A DNA stretch of 64,000 nt from Thermohalobaculum sp. (GTDB lineage: Bacteria; Pseudomonadota; Alphaproteobacteria; Rhodobacterales; Rhodobacteraceae), in contig CBDHHE010000009.1 in the NCBI GenBank assembly GCA_965263335.1, forward strand, positions 28,645-92,644, written 5' to 3'. Below are positions 1-10,996 of the stretch, piece after piece. The notes beneath the pieces were generated by a model that saw only the letters and a program-made list of their open reading frames with translations, had not been told where the DNA came from and did no database searches. Made by a program: the position numbers and the translations under genes. Positions within the stretch are counted from its first letter, which is position 1. Every line of letters begins with the position of its first letter.

Positions 1-2
1 AG

Positions 3-662
3 TTCGCCTTCTTTGGTTCGTCCTCCTATGCGGCTGCATACACCGCGACCGACGGAAACGTTGACCCGCTTCTGAGCCGCTTGCAGAATGACGGATCGAC
101 CGGCTACTACTCGATCCTCGTGACACGCTGCGACAGCGGTCTGAACGATCTGGCCTCGCTCGAAGGCAAGATCCTGGCATTCGCTGACCCCGACTCCACA
201 TCCGGCTATGCGGTGCCTTACTACAACATCGCCAAAGAAGTTGACCCCAAGACATTCTTCTCGTCCATCCCGTTCTCGGGCAGCCACGAGTCCGGTGTGT
301 CCGGTGTCGTAAATGGCACCTTTGACGCCGCTGCAACCTATATGACCAACGAAACCAACGGCATCATCCCGCGTATGGTCACCAAGGGCATGATCGAAGA
401 GGGCGTCGCCTGCCCGATCTGGAAATCCCCGGAAATCACGTCCGGTCCGTTCACGGCGCGCGGCAACCTGCCGCAAAGCCTCAAGGACGATATGAAGCAA
501 GCCATCTTCGACATCGTCACGAAGGACCCCGAAGCCTTCAAAGAGATGACCGGCGGCGAAGACAGCACCCAGAAAGGCTGGATCGAGGTTGATCACAGCC
601 GTTACCAGTGGATCGTCGACATGCGTGACTGGCTGAAAAAAGAGCGCCGCAAGTCCGGCTAA
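3..662 (+). CDS. phnD: Phosphonate/phosphate ABC substrate-binding protein, 5' truncated by window edge
   Basis: Frame is open from base 3 (FAFFGSSSYAAAY...). Contains the AFADPDSTSGYAVP and FSGSHE motifs of PhnD. Two phnE genes follow. Confidence 0.9.
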   Translation, partial: FAFFGSSSYAAAYTATDGNVDPLLSRLQNDGSTGYYSILVTRCDSGLNDLASLEGKILAFADPDSTSGYAVPYYNIAKEVDPKTFFSSIPFSGSHESGVSGVVNGTFDAAATYMTNETNGIIPRMVTKGMIEEGVACPIWKSPEITSGPFTARGNLPQSLKDDMKQAIFDIVTKDPEAFKEMTGGEDSTQKGWIEVDHSRYQWIVDMRDWLKKERRKSG

Positions 663-668
663 GAGGTT

Positions 669-750
669 TCGCCGCGCCTGCGCGCGGCGACCGGCCGGGG
701 GAGGCTGCGCCTCCCCCGGCGTCCTCCAAGATATATCTGCCGAAAGGAAG
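669..750. repeat. REP-like double-hairpin intergenic element
   Basis: TCGCCGCGC-ctgc-GCGCGGCGA (669-690) and GCCGGGGGAGGC-tgc-GCCTCCCCCGGC (694-720) between phnD and phnE. Confidence 0.65.
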
Positions 751-755
751 ACGGC

Positions 756-1694
756 ATGGTGGCGATCGCCTCCCATGACACGGGCCCCGCACCGGGATCT
801 GTGCAAGAATTCGAGGTCGCGTTTGCAGCGCTGCGCCGTCGCACCCGCCTGACATGGGCCGTGGGCACGGTCGCCTTTCTGATCCTTTTTATCATCTGTT
901 CCTGGCTGGGGGATTTCTTCAAAGTCACGCAGGTCACGATGCCGGACGGATCGCGCGAATGGCGCTGGATCATTCCTGCGGGCCTGCCGCGGCTGGGCGA
1001 GTACGTTTCCAAGACGATCCCCGATCTGAGCTGGTCGACCCTGGGCGAGGACCTGTCCGAGTGGTTCTGGCGCTGGCGGGTCTGGCTGAGACTGTGGTTT
1101 GAGACCGTCCTGATCGCCTTTATGGCCACGACGCTGGGTGTGATTGGCGGCTTTCTTCTGTCCTTCCCGGCCTCGCGCAACCTGGCCCCGAACCCGTGGG
1201 TGCTGTGGATCAGCCGCCGCTATCTTGAGATTGCCCGCACCGTTCCCGATCTGGTCTGGGCGTTGATCTTTGTGTTCTGTTTCTCTGTCGGCCCCATGGC
1301 CGGGGTGCTGGCCATCGGGCTTCATGCCTGCGGCGCCCTTGGCAAGCTTTACTCTGAGGTCAACGAGAACATCGACATGCGCCCCCTTGAGGGCGTCAAG
1401 GCCGCAGGTGGCACGTGGTTCGATCAGATCCGCTATGGCGCCGTCCCGCAGGTGCTGCCCAATATCATCAGCTACACGCTGCTGCGGTTTGAGATTAACG
1501 TCCGGTCGTCCTCCATCATCGGCTATGTCGGCGCGGGCGGGTTGGGGCAGGAGTTCCGCGAAGCGATGTCGCTGCAGGAATATACCGACATCTCGGCCCT
1601 ATTCGTCATCATCTTTGTCACCGTGATCGTGATTGACTATGGCTCGGAAAAGCTGCGCCATCGCGTGATCGGATTGGAGCAGGCCTCATCATGA
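756..1694 (+). CDS. phnE: Phosphonate ABC permease
   Basis: ARTVPDLVWALIF, GKLYSEVNENID and FEINVRSSSIIGYVGAGGLG motifs. Confidence 0.92.
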   Translation: MVAIASHDTGPAPGSVQEFEVAFAALRRRTRLTWAVGTVAFLILFIICSWLGDFFKVTQVTMPDGSREWRWIIPAGLPRLGEYVSKTIPDLSWSTLGEDLSEWFWRWRVWLRLWFETVLIAFMATTLGVIGGFLLSFPASRNLAPNPWVLWISRRYLEIARTVPDLVWALIFVFCFSVGPMAGVLAIGLHACGALGKLYSEVNENIDMRPLEGVKAAGGTWFDQIRYGAVPQVLPNIISYTLLRFEINVRSSSIIGYVGAGGLGQEFREAMSLQEYTDISALFVIIFVTVIVIDYGSEKLRHRVIGLEQASS

Positions 1695-2542
1695 CACCTG
1701 ATCGTATTGCCGCTGCCCGCGCCCGTGTGCCTTTGGCCTTTCGCGACCCGCCGATGGTGCGGGCCCGCAAAATCGGTCTTTGGGTGTTTTTCGTCGGTCT
1801 CTTTATCTGGTGCCTTTACGATTTCAACTTCTCGCCTGAACGGATCTGGAACGGGCTGGGTCGGTTTGGCCGGGTCCTGTCGTTCATGTTCCCGCCCCAC
1901 ATCTGGACCACATGGGAGGCCTGGGCCGAGATCCTTGAGGGGCTGGGTGAGACCTTGTCGATGGCCTTTATGGGCACTGTTCTGGGGGCGGTCATTGCCT
2001 TTCCGCTGTCATTCCTTGGGGCCAAGAACATCAACCGGATTTTCTGGCTGCGGCAGGGGTCGCGCCGGTTCTACGACGTGATCCGGGCGTTCGAGACCCT
2101 GATCCTCGCGTTGATCTTCATCCGCGCCTTTGGTCTTGGGCCGCTGGCCGGGATCATGGCGATTGCGGTGAGCGAGATCGGGACATTCTCCAAGCTGTTC
2201 TCTGAGGCGCTTGAAAACACGTCGCGCAAGCCGGTCGAAGGCGTCATGGCCTCGGGCGGGTCGCGCCTGCAGACGATCCGCTATGCGATCATGCCGCAGG
2301 TCTTGCCGGTGCATCTGTCGGTTCTGCTGTACAACTTCGAATCGAATGTCCGTTCGGGCACGATCCTGGGGATCGTGGGCGCGGGCGGCATCGGTTTCCT
2401 TCTGTCGGACCGGATCAGCGCCTATCGGTGGGACGAGGCGTGGTCGATCATTTTCCTGATCATCGCAATGGTCTATCTGATCGACTGGCTGTCAGCCCTT
2501 GTCCGCACCCGTCTGATCGGCGAAAACGTAGCGGCGAAGTGA
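1691..2542 (+). CDS. phnE: Phosphonate ABC permease (second subunit)
   Basis: KLFSEALENTS and FESNVRSGTILGIVGAGGIG motifs. ATGA overlap with the preceding phnE. Confidence 0.92.
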   Translation: MTPDRIAAARARVPLAFRDPPMVRARKIGLWVFFVGLFIWCLYDFNFSPERIWNGLGRFGRVLSFMFPPHIWTTWEAWAEILEGLGETLSMAFMGTVLGAVIAFPLSFLGAKNINRIFWLRQGSRRFYDVIRAFETLILALIFIRAFGLGPLAGIMAIAVSEIGTFSKLFSEALENTSRKPVEGVMASGGSRLQTIRYAIMPQVLPVHLSVLLYNFESNVRSGTILGIVGAGGIGFLLSDRISAYRWDEAWSIIFLIIAMVYLIDWLSALVRTRLIGENVAAK

Positions 2543-2560
2543 CGGACGGTACGTGATCAG

Positions 2561-3187
2561 ATGAGCGGTGCGGGAACGAAGCAGGCCCTGTCAGAGGCGC
2601 CCACGATCCATGACGGTGCGCGGGTCATCGATTGCACCCTGGGCGTCTGGACCGAGGTCGGCAGCGGCACCATGATGCGCGACGTGACGATGGGTGACTA
2701 TTCCTACATCACCGAGCATGGCCACGTGGTCTGGACCACGATTGGCAAGTTCTGTTCCATCGCCAACGGCGCGCGCATCAATCCGGGCAATCACCCGACG
2801 TGGCGCGCGACGCAGCACCATTCGGTCTACCGCGCCGCGGCCTATGGGCTGGGCGAGGATGACCACGACTTTTTCCAGTGGCGCAAGGACCACTGGGTGA
2901 CCATCGGCCACGATGTCTGGATCGGCCATGGGGTGACCGTGACGGCGGGTGTCACCGTGGGCACGGGCGCGGTCATCGGCGCCGGTGCGGTGGTGACGCG
3001 CGATGTCGAACCCTACACCGTTGTGGGCGGCGTTCCCGCGAAGTTCATCAAGCGCCGGTTCACCGAAGCGCAGGCCGAAGCGCTGCAAGAGATCGCCGTC
3101 TGGGACTGGCCCCGCGACGCCTACAAGGCCGCGCTGCCCGATATTCGCGCGCTGGAGATCGATGCCTTTATCGAAAAGTACCGGTGA
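2561..3187 (+). CDS. Hexapeptide-repeat acetyltransferase of the type found in phosphonate-utilisation clusters (CAT/Vat-like)
   Basis: [27 protein letters not shown] and [14 protein letters not shown] motifs. Directly downstream of phnDEE. Confidence 0.88.
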   Translation: MSGAGTKQALSEAPTIHDGARVIDCTLGVWTEVGSGTMMRDVTMGDYSYITEHGHVVWTTIGKFCSIANGARINPGNHPTWRATQHHSVYRAAAYGLGEDDHDFFQWRKDHWVTIGHDVWIGHGVTVTAGVTVGTGAVIGAGAVVTRDVEPYTVVGGVPAKFIKRRFTEAQAEALQEIAVWDWPRDAYKAALPDIRALEIDAFIEKYR

Positions 3188-3680
3188 GCTCCGGATCCGT
3201 CCTTTTCAGAAGGCGGATCTGGGCGTGATGGTGCATTGGCTGGAGGTTCCGCGCAACAAGGCGTGGTTCAACGATCCGGACTATATGGAAGATCTCGAAG
3301 ACCACATGTCGGATCCGCGCATCCGCCAGTGGATCGTCATGCGGCACGACAGGCCGGTCGCCTACCTTCAGGACTATGCCATTGATGGCTGGGACGATCA
3401 TCCGCTTGGCTTCCTGCCGCAGGGTGCGCGCGGGATGGATACGCTGATCGGTGCGGCGGACGATATGAACAGAGGTCTGGGCACCGCATATCTGTCGCAA
3501 CACCGCGATCGTCTGTTTGACGCAGGCGTGCCAGCGCTTGGCATCGACCCGCATCCCGACAATGCCGCCGCGATCCGGTGTTATGAAAAGGTGGGCTTTC
3601 GCCGCCTGCGCGAGGCCCACACGCCTTGGGGCCATGTCGTGTTGATGGACTGCTGGCCCACGCGCGCGGGCGGGGTCTGA
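3162..3680 (+). CDS. GNAT N-acetyltransferase (AAC(6')-like)
   Basis: RGMDTLIG...[23 protein letters not shown] motifs. ATG at 3162 is preceded by GGAG; the longer 3003 ORF overlaps the acetyltransferase. Confidence 0.82.
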   Translation: MPLSKSTGELRIRPFQKADLGVMVHWLEVPRNKAWFNDPDYMEDLEDHMSDPRIRQWIVMRHDRPVAYLQDYAIDGWDDHPLGFLPQGARGMDTLIGAADDMNRGLGTAYLSQHRDRLFDAGVPALGIDPHPDNAAAIRCYEKVGFRRLREAHTPWGHVVLMDCWPTRAGGV

Positions 3681-3683
3681 GGG

Positions 3684-4223
3684 ATGGAGACGCCGCGTTC
3701 CTCCCCGCCACTGGGCCGCCAAAAGACATTCGATACGTCGTTCTTCATTCTGCTCGGCATCGCATGTGCCGCTGCCGTTGCTGTGGCGTGGCTGAAAGGC
3801 CCCATGCGCGTCGTCGAAATTGCGCTAACCTACCTGGGGTTTCTGGCGATCCTCAGCCCCAAGATCCTCTGTGGGTTCTTTATCGCCGCGTCCGTCCCGA
3901 TCCTGATCCCGCGCGACGTGCTGACCCGCTGGATCGGACAGGAGAGCGGGCTGCGCGGCCTTGCCGTGGCGAGCCTTGCCGGTGCCCTTGTGCCCGGCGG
4001 GCCGATGATGATCTTCCCGCTCGCTGCCGGGTTCCGTGTGGCGGGTGCGAGCGTGCCGACGCTGATTTCCTTTGTCACCGCCTGGAGCCTCTACAGCCTG
4101 AACCGCACCATCATCTGGGAGATGTCGTTTCTGCATGTGGACTTTGTCCTGTTGCGGGTCCTGATCTGCCTGCCCCTGCCCTTTGTGGCGGGCTGGGTGG
4201 CGTCCAGGGTCTTGCCCGCATGA
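3684..4223 (+). CDS. Predicted permease, half 1 (DUF318/ArsP-like)
   Basis: Multiple TM helices with GALVPGGPMMIFPL and FVTAWSL motifs. Confidence 0.72.
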   Translation: METPRSSPPLGRQKTFDTSFFILLGIACAAAVAVAWLKGPMRVVEIALTYLGFLAILSPKILCGFFIAASVPILIPRDVLTRWIGQESGLRGLAVASLAGALVPGGPMMIFPLAAGFRVAGASVPTLISFVTAWSLYSLNRTIIWEMSFLHVDFVLLRVLICLPLPFVAGWVASRVLPA

Positions 4224-4702
4224 ACATTGTGATCGGGACATTGGTGCTGATGGCGCTGGCGGGTTGGGTCTACCGGAAGCTTGAAACGGACGCGCGCAGA
4301 CAAGAGGCCTTTGCAGGTGTCCGGCGCATGATCAGCAACAATCTGCCTCGCATGCTGGTTGCGCTGGTCTCTGCCGGTCTGTTTGCCGAGCTTTTGCCGG
4401 ACGAACTGGTGCGCGCCTATCTGGGTGATACTGCAGGCTTTCGCGGTGTCTTGCTGGGTGCGGCATTGGGCGTCGTGACGCCGGGCGGGGCCTTCGTGAG
4501 CTTTGCCTTGGCTGCGGGCGCGATGAGCGCGGGCGCCACCGCACCGGCCATGGTGGCCTATCTGACTGCGTGGTCGCTTTTTTCGCTGACAAAGATGATC
4601 GCGGAAGAGCTGGCCCTTCTCGGGCCGCGCTTTCTGCTGACGCGGGTGGCGTTCACCTTCCCGATCCCTCTGTTTGCGGGATCGGTGGCGCTGCTTTTCT
4701 AG
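4220..4702 (+). CDS. Predicted permease, half 2 (DUF318/ArsP-like)
   Basis: Starts MNIVIGTLV at an ATGA overlap. Has GVVTPGGAFVSF and YLTAWSL motifs paralogous to the upstream gene. Confidence 0.72.
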   Translation: MNIVIGTLVLMALAGWVYRKLETDARRQEAFAGVRRMISNNLPRMLVALVSAGLFAELLPDELVRAYLGDTAGFRGVLLGAALGVVTPGGAFVSFALAAGAMSAGATAPAMVAYLTAWSLFSLTKMIAEELALLGPRFLLTRVAFTFPIPLFAGSVALLF

Positions 4703-5559
4703 CCAAACTCGACCCAGAGCGGCCAGTGGTCCGAGCCTTGCGCGCTGTCGTCGATCCGCACGGCTTTGACATGGGGGGCCAGCGGGGCCGAGACAAAGCA
4801 GTGATCGATCCGCGTCTTGGCATTGGGGTGGGTTGATCCGGCGGCCTCATCATGTCCGGCCACGGTCCAGGCGTCCAGAAGCCCGGTGCGCGATGTCAGC
4901 CGCCCATAGCCCGGGGCCATGCCACCGATCATCTGGTCATATTCGGCCGAGCCCGGGGCAAAGTTCATATCCCCCATCAGCACCAGATCCTGCGGCATGG
5001 GCGGCTCAACTTCCTCGATCCAGCCCGAGGACGGATCAGGATGCCCACCACACCATGCGCCGCCCTCGGCGGGGGCGGTCGCCAGGATCTCGCGCATGCG
5101 TGCGATCTGCGGCAGGCGGGTCGCGGGGGCGAGGTGGCTGAGGTGGACGGAATAGAAGCGCAAGGGGCCCAGCGGCGTGCCGATCACCGCCTCAAGCATC
5201 CCCTGCTGGATCGAATGGTGCCGCAGATCGCCCCATTTGGGCAGCGGGAAGTTCCGGGTCGACAGGATTGGCCAGCGGCTAAGGATCATGGTCCCGAACT
5301 GTTTGCGGCGCGACATCACGCGGTCACCGTCGCGGTAGCTGGCGTCGATATCCAGATTGGCGCCAAAGACCCAGTGGTGCTGCGGCAGGTGTTCGGCCAG
5401 CACGGCGGGGCTGTCGACCATGCCGCTGCGGGCCCAGAACCGGTCAACCTCTTGCAGGGCGATCACGTCAGCTGTGGCGATTTCCTCGGCGATCCGCTTC
5501 AGGTCATACCGCCCGTCTGCGCCCAGACCGTATTGGATGTTGTAGGATACGCATTTCAT
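4699..5559 (-). CDS. Endonuclease/exonuclease/phosphatase (EEP) family protein
   Basis: SYNIQYG, DVIALQEVD, GDMN and GSDHWP motifs. Start placed at MKCVSYN (5559). Confidence 0.88.
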   Translation of the reverse strand: MKCVSYNIQYGLGADGRYDLKRIAEEIATADVIALQEVDRFWARSGMVDSPAVLAEHLPQHHWVFGANLDIDASYRDGDRVMSRRKQFGTMILSRWPILSTRNFPLPKWGDLRHHSIQQGMLEAVIGTPLGPLRFYSVHLSHLAPATRLPQIARMREILATAPAEGGAWCGGHPDPSSGWIEEVEPPMPQDLVLMGDMNFAPGSAEYDQMIGGMAPGYGRLTSRTGLLDAWTVAGHDEAAGSTHPNAKTRIDHCFVSAPLAPHVKAVRIDDSAQGSDHWPLWVEFG

Positions 5560-6269
5560 GGCGCTTCTCCGAGGACGCGCAGGGCCACGTCCAGATGATC
5601 GTGGTTGATGTAATCGAGCCCGGCCTGGATGTATTGCCGGAAGATCTCGGGCGCGGCGCTTTCGGTGTAGCCCATGATCTCGAGCCCGGCGGCCCGTGCG
5701 GCGGCGATGACGCCGGGGGTGCATTCATGCGCCTCGATCTCGATCAGATCAGCCCCGAAGTGGTCCCGTGCGACCGAGATGTTGCGGGCCAGTGACAGGG
5801 TGATCATCTGGCGCAGATCGGGGGCCGCCTGCCGCATGGCCGCGCGCATCTCGGGCTTGAAGGCGAAGCTAAAGCTGTGATCGGTCATACCGGTTTCGCG
5901 CAGGATGGCGGCGGCGCGGTCGGCGTTGCACCATTTGATCTCGACATAGGCGCCGGCCTCGCGGGTGCGCAGGTGATCAAGATAGGCGTCGAGCCGCGGC
6001 ACCCGCTGCCCTTCGAATTCCGGGGCGAACCAGCGTCCGGCGTCGAGCGCGTCGATCTCGGCGCTGGTCATCAGCTCAAGCAGGCCGGTGCCATCGGTGG
6101 TCCGGTCCACTGTCCGGTCGTGCATCACGTAGAGAACACCGTCGACGCTTTCGCGCACGTCCAGTTCGATCACCTGCGCGCCGCGATCAAGTGCGGCATC
6201 GGCTGCGGCAAAGGTGTTTTCCGGCGCGATCAGGGACGCGCCCCGGTGGCAGACGAGCCGGGGGGTCAT
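5556..6269 (-). CDS. Glycerophosphodiester phosphodiesterase (GDPD)
   Basis: HRGASLIAPENT, IELDVRES, HDRTVDRTT and YVEIK motifs. Start MTPRLV at 6269. Confidence 0.9.
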   Translation of the reverse strand: MTPRLVCHRGASLIAPENTFAAADAALDRGAQVIELDVRESVDGVLYVMHDRTVDRTTDGTGLLELMTSAEIDALDAGRWFAPEFEGQRVPRLDAYLDHLRTREAGAYVEIKWCNADRAAAILRETGMTDHSFSFAFKPEMRAAMRQAAPDLRQMITLSLARNISVARDHFGADLIEIEAHECTPGVIAAARAAGLEIMGYTESAAPEIFRQYIQAGLDYINHDHLDVALRVLGEAP

Positions 6270-7295
6270 TCTGGGCTTTGGGCCGCGATCCGGACCGTGA
6301 TCAGTTCGTGGTCCGAGAGATATGCGCCGCGTTCCGACACCGCCGCCCATGTCGCAGGCGCGCGCGATGACACACCCCGCGCAAAGAGCCAATCGAGCCG
6401 CACCAGCGGGTAGCGCACCGGCTTGCCGGGGGCTGCGCGGGTGGTCGGATCGCCCGTGTTGGCCGTCTGCCACGCGAACCCGGCTTGGCTGAACGCAGCG
6501 AAACAGGGTTCAAATCTGGCAGGGTCGTGCAGGACGTCAAAGCCGGTCTGTCCTTTCAGCGCGCCGGTGTTCAGATCCCCGCCGATCACCATCGGCCCGT
6601 CTCCGAATGCGCCAGAGAGCGCAGCCAGCATCGTGCCCGTCTGTGCCAGCCGGCCAGCGGCATCGGATTCGCTTTCGTAATGGACCGAGACCACCGTCAG
6701 AGGCCCGCCCGGGCGCGCGATCTGTGCGGCAATCGCCATTCGCCCGCCAACGCGCCGCTGCCCGTCCTTCTTGGGTGCGCCCGTGTACCATAGCCCGCCA
6801 TCGTCCAGGGGGATGACCGTGGGCGCCATCAGGGGATACCGGGACAGGATCGCGTTGCCGTGCAGGCCGCCGTCGTTGGCCACGTCGGCAAAAAGCCCCG
6901 TTTCATACGGGTCACCTGTGCCCAGTTCGACGAACTCGACGCCGTAGGCATAGCCAAAACCCAGCTCTGCCGCCAGATCACGTGTTGTATGCCGTTGGGC
7001 CGAGCGGGCCATGCCCAGATCCATCTCGGTCGCCAGCACGATGTCGGCACCCGACCGGCGGAGCAGCTCGGCGCTCTCTTCGACCCGTTTGCACCGTTCG
7101 ATGTTCCATGCGGCGATGGTCAGCGTCTCGGGCACCGGCAAGGTATGGGGCGGCTGCGCCAGTTCGATGGTCTGCAGACACGACCAGTTGCGCAGGTAGG
7201 CGCTGTGGGTGGCCTGGGTCGCGGGGACTTCGGCAGCCTGCTGCCGCGCATCAAGGCCCGGTGTTTCGATCGCCGCCACGGGCGTTGTCAGGGCG

Positions 7296-7303
<8 letters not shown>
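6266..7303 (-). CDS. EEP family phosphatase/phosphodiesterase
   Basis: AWNIERC, GNAILSRYP, GGDLNT, LDWLF and SDH motifs. Start MRDALTT at 7303. Confidence 0.87.
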
Positions 7304-8323
<1,020 letters not shown>

Positions 8324-8324
<1 letters not shown>

Positions 8325-9382
8325 CAGCCCTTGATGCCTCCGAGTGTCATTTGCGTGAGATACCGTTGGCAGGCGAGGTAGAGCGCGAGCGACGGCAGGA
8401 TGTAGATGACCGAGACCGCCGCGACGAGCCCGTAGTCCACACCCATCACGTCTTCGGCCACGTAGTAGAGGTAGGTGGACATGACCCAGTACGACGTGCC
8501 CGTGCGGAGCGCGGTGACAAAGACGTATTCCTCCCACCCCTGAATGAACCCCAGCACAGCGATGGCGATCAACCCGGCCCGCACCTGTGGCAGCACCACG
8601 TACCAGAAGGCTTCGCGCCGCGATGCGCCGTCGGTCATGGCGGACATTTCGATGTCCCATGGCACGGCGTCAAAGAAGCCTTTCATGATGAAGATGAAGA
8701 ACGGCAGCTGCAGCGCCGTCAGCACGAGGATCGGCCCCGTCAGCGTGTTCAGGAGCCCGATCCAGAAGATCACCAGAAAGATCGGGATGGCGAGCATCCA
8801 GGGGTGAAAGACCTCGATCAACAAGAGCCCCTGCAGGAACGCCGAACGTCCGGGGAAGGCGAACCGGCTGATGTAGTAGCCTGCCAGCGTCGCAACGGTG
8901 ACCTTGAGCGCGGTCGAACTGGCCGCGACCCAGAGCGAATTGCCAAAAGCCTCCCACACCCATGGGAATTGTCCGCCTGCCGTGGCGGCGCCGCGGATCT
9001 CTTCGATGAGGTTGGGCGTGATCAGAAAGCGGTAGTTGTTGAGGTGCAGTTCGGTTCCCACGGCCAGCCAAAGCCCCAGACCCGCCGCACCAAGGCAGCC
9101 AAGCGCGGACCAGAGCCGGTGCCGGGGCAGCGCAAGATGTAGCGCCACGTAGCCCAGCGTCGCAGGCACAAGCACGGCGCAGGCCCGCCAGAGCACGTCG
9201 CTTTCCACCCCGCCCGTGCGCGCCGAGAGCGAAATGACCAGCACCCAGAAGAACGGCAGGATCACGGGGATCGAGACCAGCGTGAGAAACCCGACGAGCA
9301 GCACGGTTTTGATCCGTTGTCCACGGCGTGACTGCCGTGCCAGCGCGTCCCAATCCGGGGCGGGTGTCTGGCTTGCGGTCAT
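8324..9382 (-). CDS. Carbohydrate ABC permease (MalG-like)
   Basis: EAA-type loop EMSAMTDGASRREAFWYVVLP with multiple TM segments. Confidence 0.9.
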
Positions 9383-10320
9383 TGCACTTCGATCCGGGGA
9401 CGGGCCAGCAGCCGTTTCATATTCGTCAGCCGCCAGAGGATGAGCGCTACGGCCATCCCGATCACGATCAGGATCAGCGTGATGGCCGCGCCGTAAGCGT
9501 ATTGGCCCGAGCCGATCTGGGGGGCCAGCGTCTTGGTATAGGCCAGCATCGACATGGTCATGGTCTGCCGCGCGGGTCCCATGATCAGGAAGATGTATTC
9601 GAAGCTCACCAACAGGGCGAGGGTCTGGAACACAGTGATGTAGCTGAGCGGCCAGCGCAGGGCGGGCAGGACGATATGGCGCACGATCGACAGGCTACCC
9701 GCCCCGTCGGCGCGGGCGGCGTAGAAGAGGTGCTGGGGGATCGAGCGGATCGCGCTCGTCAGGATCAGCATCCCGAGGCTTGCCCCCACAAAGCCGTTGG
9801 CCAGTACGATCAGCGTCACCGGCGCGTCGAGCTTCATGTTGATCGGGTCCAGCCCCACCACGCTGATGATCTGGTTCAGAAGCCCCCGTTCGGTCGGGTC
9901 CACCGTCCAGAGCCACAAAAGCCCATAGACCACCGACGGCGCCATGCGCGGCAGAAGCCAGACCGCCCGATAGAGCCCGCCCAGCCAGTCCGGCAGCGCC
10001 GTGGTGGTCAGGGCCAGGATCAGAGCGAAGGTGACGTTGAAGATCGCCAGCGTGAAGAACATGTAGATCGCCGAGAGCGACAGGGCGCGATAGAACGACC
10101 CGCGTAGCTCATAGCCCCACCAGCTGTCCTCGGACGGTTTGGCCAGCTTGCGGAACTGCTCGCCCGAGTACTCCTCGACCTTCAGCGTCTGGCTCATGTC
10201 GGTGAAGGCCACGACCAGATCGACAAAGATCGGCACCAAGAGCAGACAGACCATAAACACACAGGCCGGCCCGAGAAAGAGCAAGGCATTGCCCGCTTGT
10301 CGCCGCGCCGAACCCGTCAC
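9379..10320 (-). CDS. Carbohydrate ABC permease (MalF-like)
   Basis: AIRSIPQHLFYAARADGA loop. Probable GTG start at 10320 in a GTGA overlap with the upstream gene. Confidence 0.88.
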   Translation of the reverse strand: MTGSARRQAGNALLFLGPACVFMVCLLLVPIFVDLVVAFTDMSQTLKVEEYSGEQFRKLAKPSEDSWWGYELRGSFYRALSLSAIYMFFTLAIFNVTFALILALTTTALPDWLGGLYRAVWLLPRMAPSVVYGLLWLWTVDPTERGLLNQIISVVGLDPINMKLDAPVTLIVLANGFVGASLGMLILTSAIRSIPQHLFYAARADGAGSLSIVRHIVLPALRWPLSYITVFQTLALLVSFEYIFLIMGPARQTMTMSMLAYTKTLAPQIGSGQYAYGAAITLILIVIGMAVALILWRLTNMKRLLARPRIEVQ

Positions 10321-10928
10321 CTGAACCACCGAAAAAACGGGGTCTTGACGCGCTGCACCGGGGTTTCGATCCATCCCCCCGACTCCATCAGGTTGAACCC
10401 TGTGAAATCAGCGGCCACGGCAAACGCAATCTCGCTGCCGATCTCATGATGGTGTGCGTGAAAGTCCAAAGCCGGTAGGTAAACCGTCCGGGTCGCGTCA
10501 GTCCAGGCGGCCCGCGCCACTGGGGCGTCATCCGGCGCCATGGCATCCAGCGCGGCCTCTTCAGCGGGTAACAGGCCGCCCTTGTCCGACACGATGCCCT
10601 GTTCCGCCATGCCTATGCGCTGACGGATGATCTGACCTTCGCGATACAGGGTGAACCCGTAGAAATTCACAGTCTCCAAAACTCCAAAGGCCAGCCAGGT
10701 GCCAGATGGGGCGGGCGGCGTCTCCAACCAGCTGTCCTGCCGGTCGATATCTGTAAGCCATGCATGGCCGCCAAACTCTGCCGCATGTGCCGCGCTGCGC
10801 GAAATCACATGCTCAACGGTCTTGTCCGTCGCCTTCAGTCGCGCGCCACGGCCATAGACGGACTGCGCCGCCGCCTCCAAACCGCCAGCAGGCAGCTTGG
10901 TTACAGCGGCGGAAAGGGTCCAACCCAT
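10317..10928 (-). CDS. Hypothetical protein embedded in the ABC operon
   Basis: 203-aa ORF with GAGG RBS. Its stop overlaps the permease start. No motif recognised with confidence. Confidence 0.7.
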   Translation of the reverse strand: MGWTLSAAVTKLPAGGLEAAAQSVYGRGARLKATDKTVEHVISRSAAHAAEFGGHAWLTDIDRQDSWLETPPAPSGTWLAFGVLETVNFYGFTLYREGQIIRQRIGMAEQGIVSDKGGLLPAEEAALDAMAPDDAPVARAAWTDATRTVYLPALDFHAHHHEIGSEIAFAVAADFTGFNLMESGGWIETPVQRVKTPFFRWFR

Positions 10929-10996
10929 GGAAACCTCGTGTCTTCGTAAATGCAGACGGCCCCGACATGCGCCAGGGCCGTCACGCCTGAGGTCTA

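Noticed and set aside
3184-3200. Possible frameshift giving a GTG start MSLRIRPF for the GNAT
   Set aside because: The in-frame ATG at 3162 with a GGAG RBS explains the gene without an indel.
3626-4219. N-terminal extension of the 358-aa ORF
   Set aside because: It overlaps permease half 1 in another frame. The real start is the ATGA junction at 4220.
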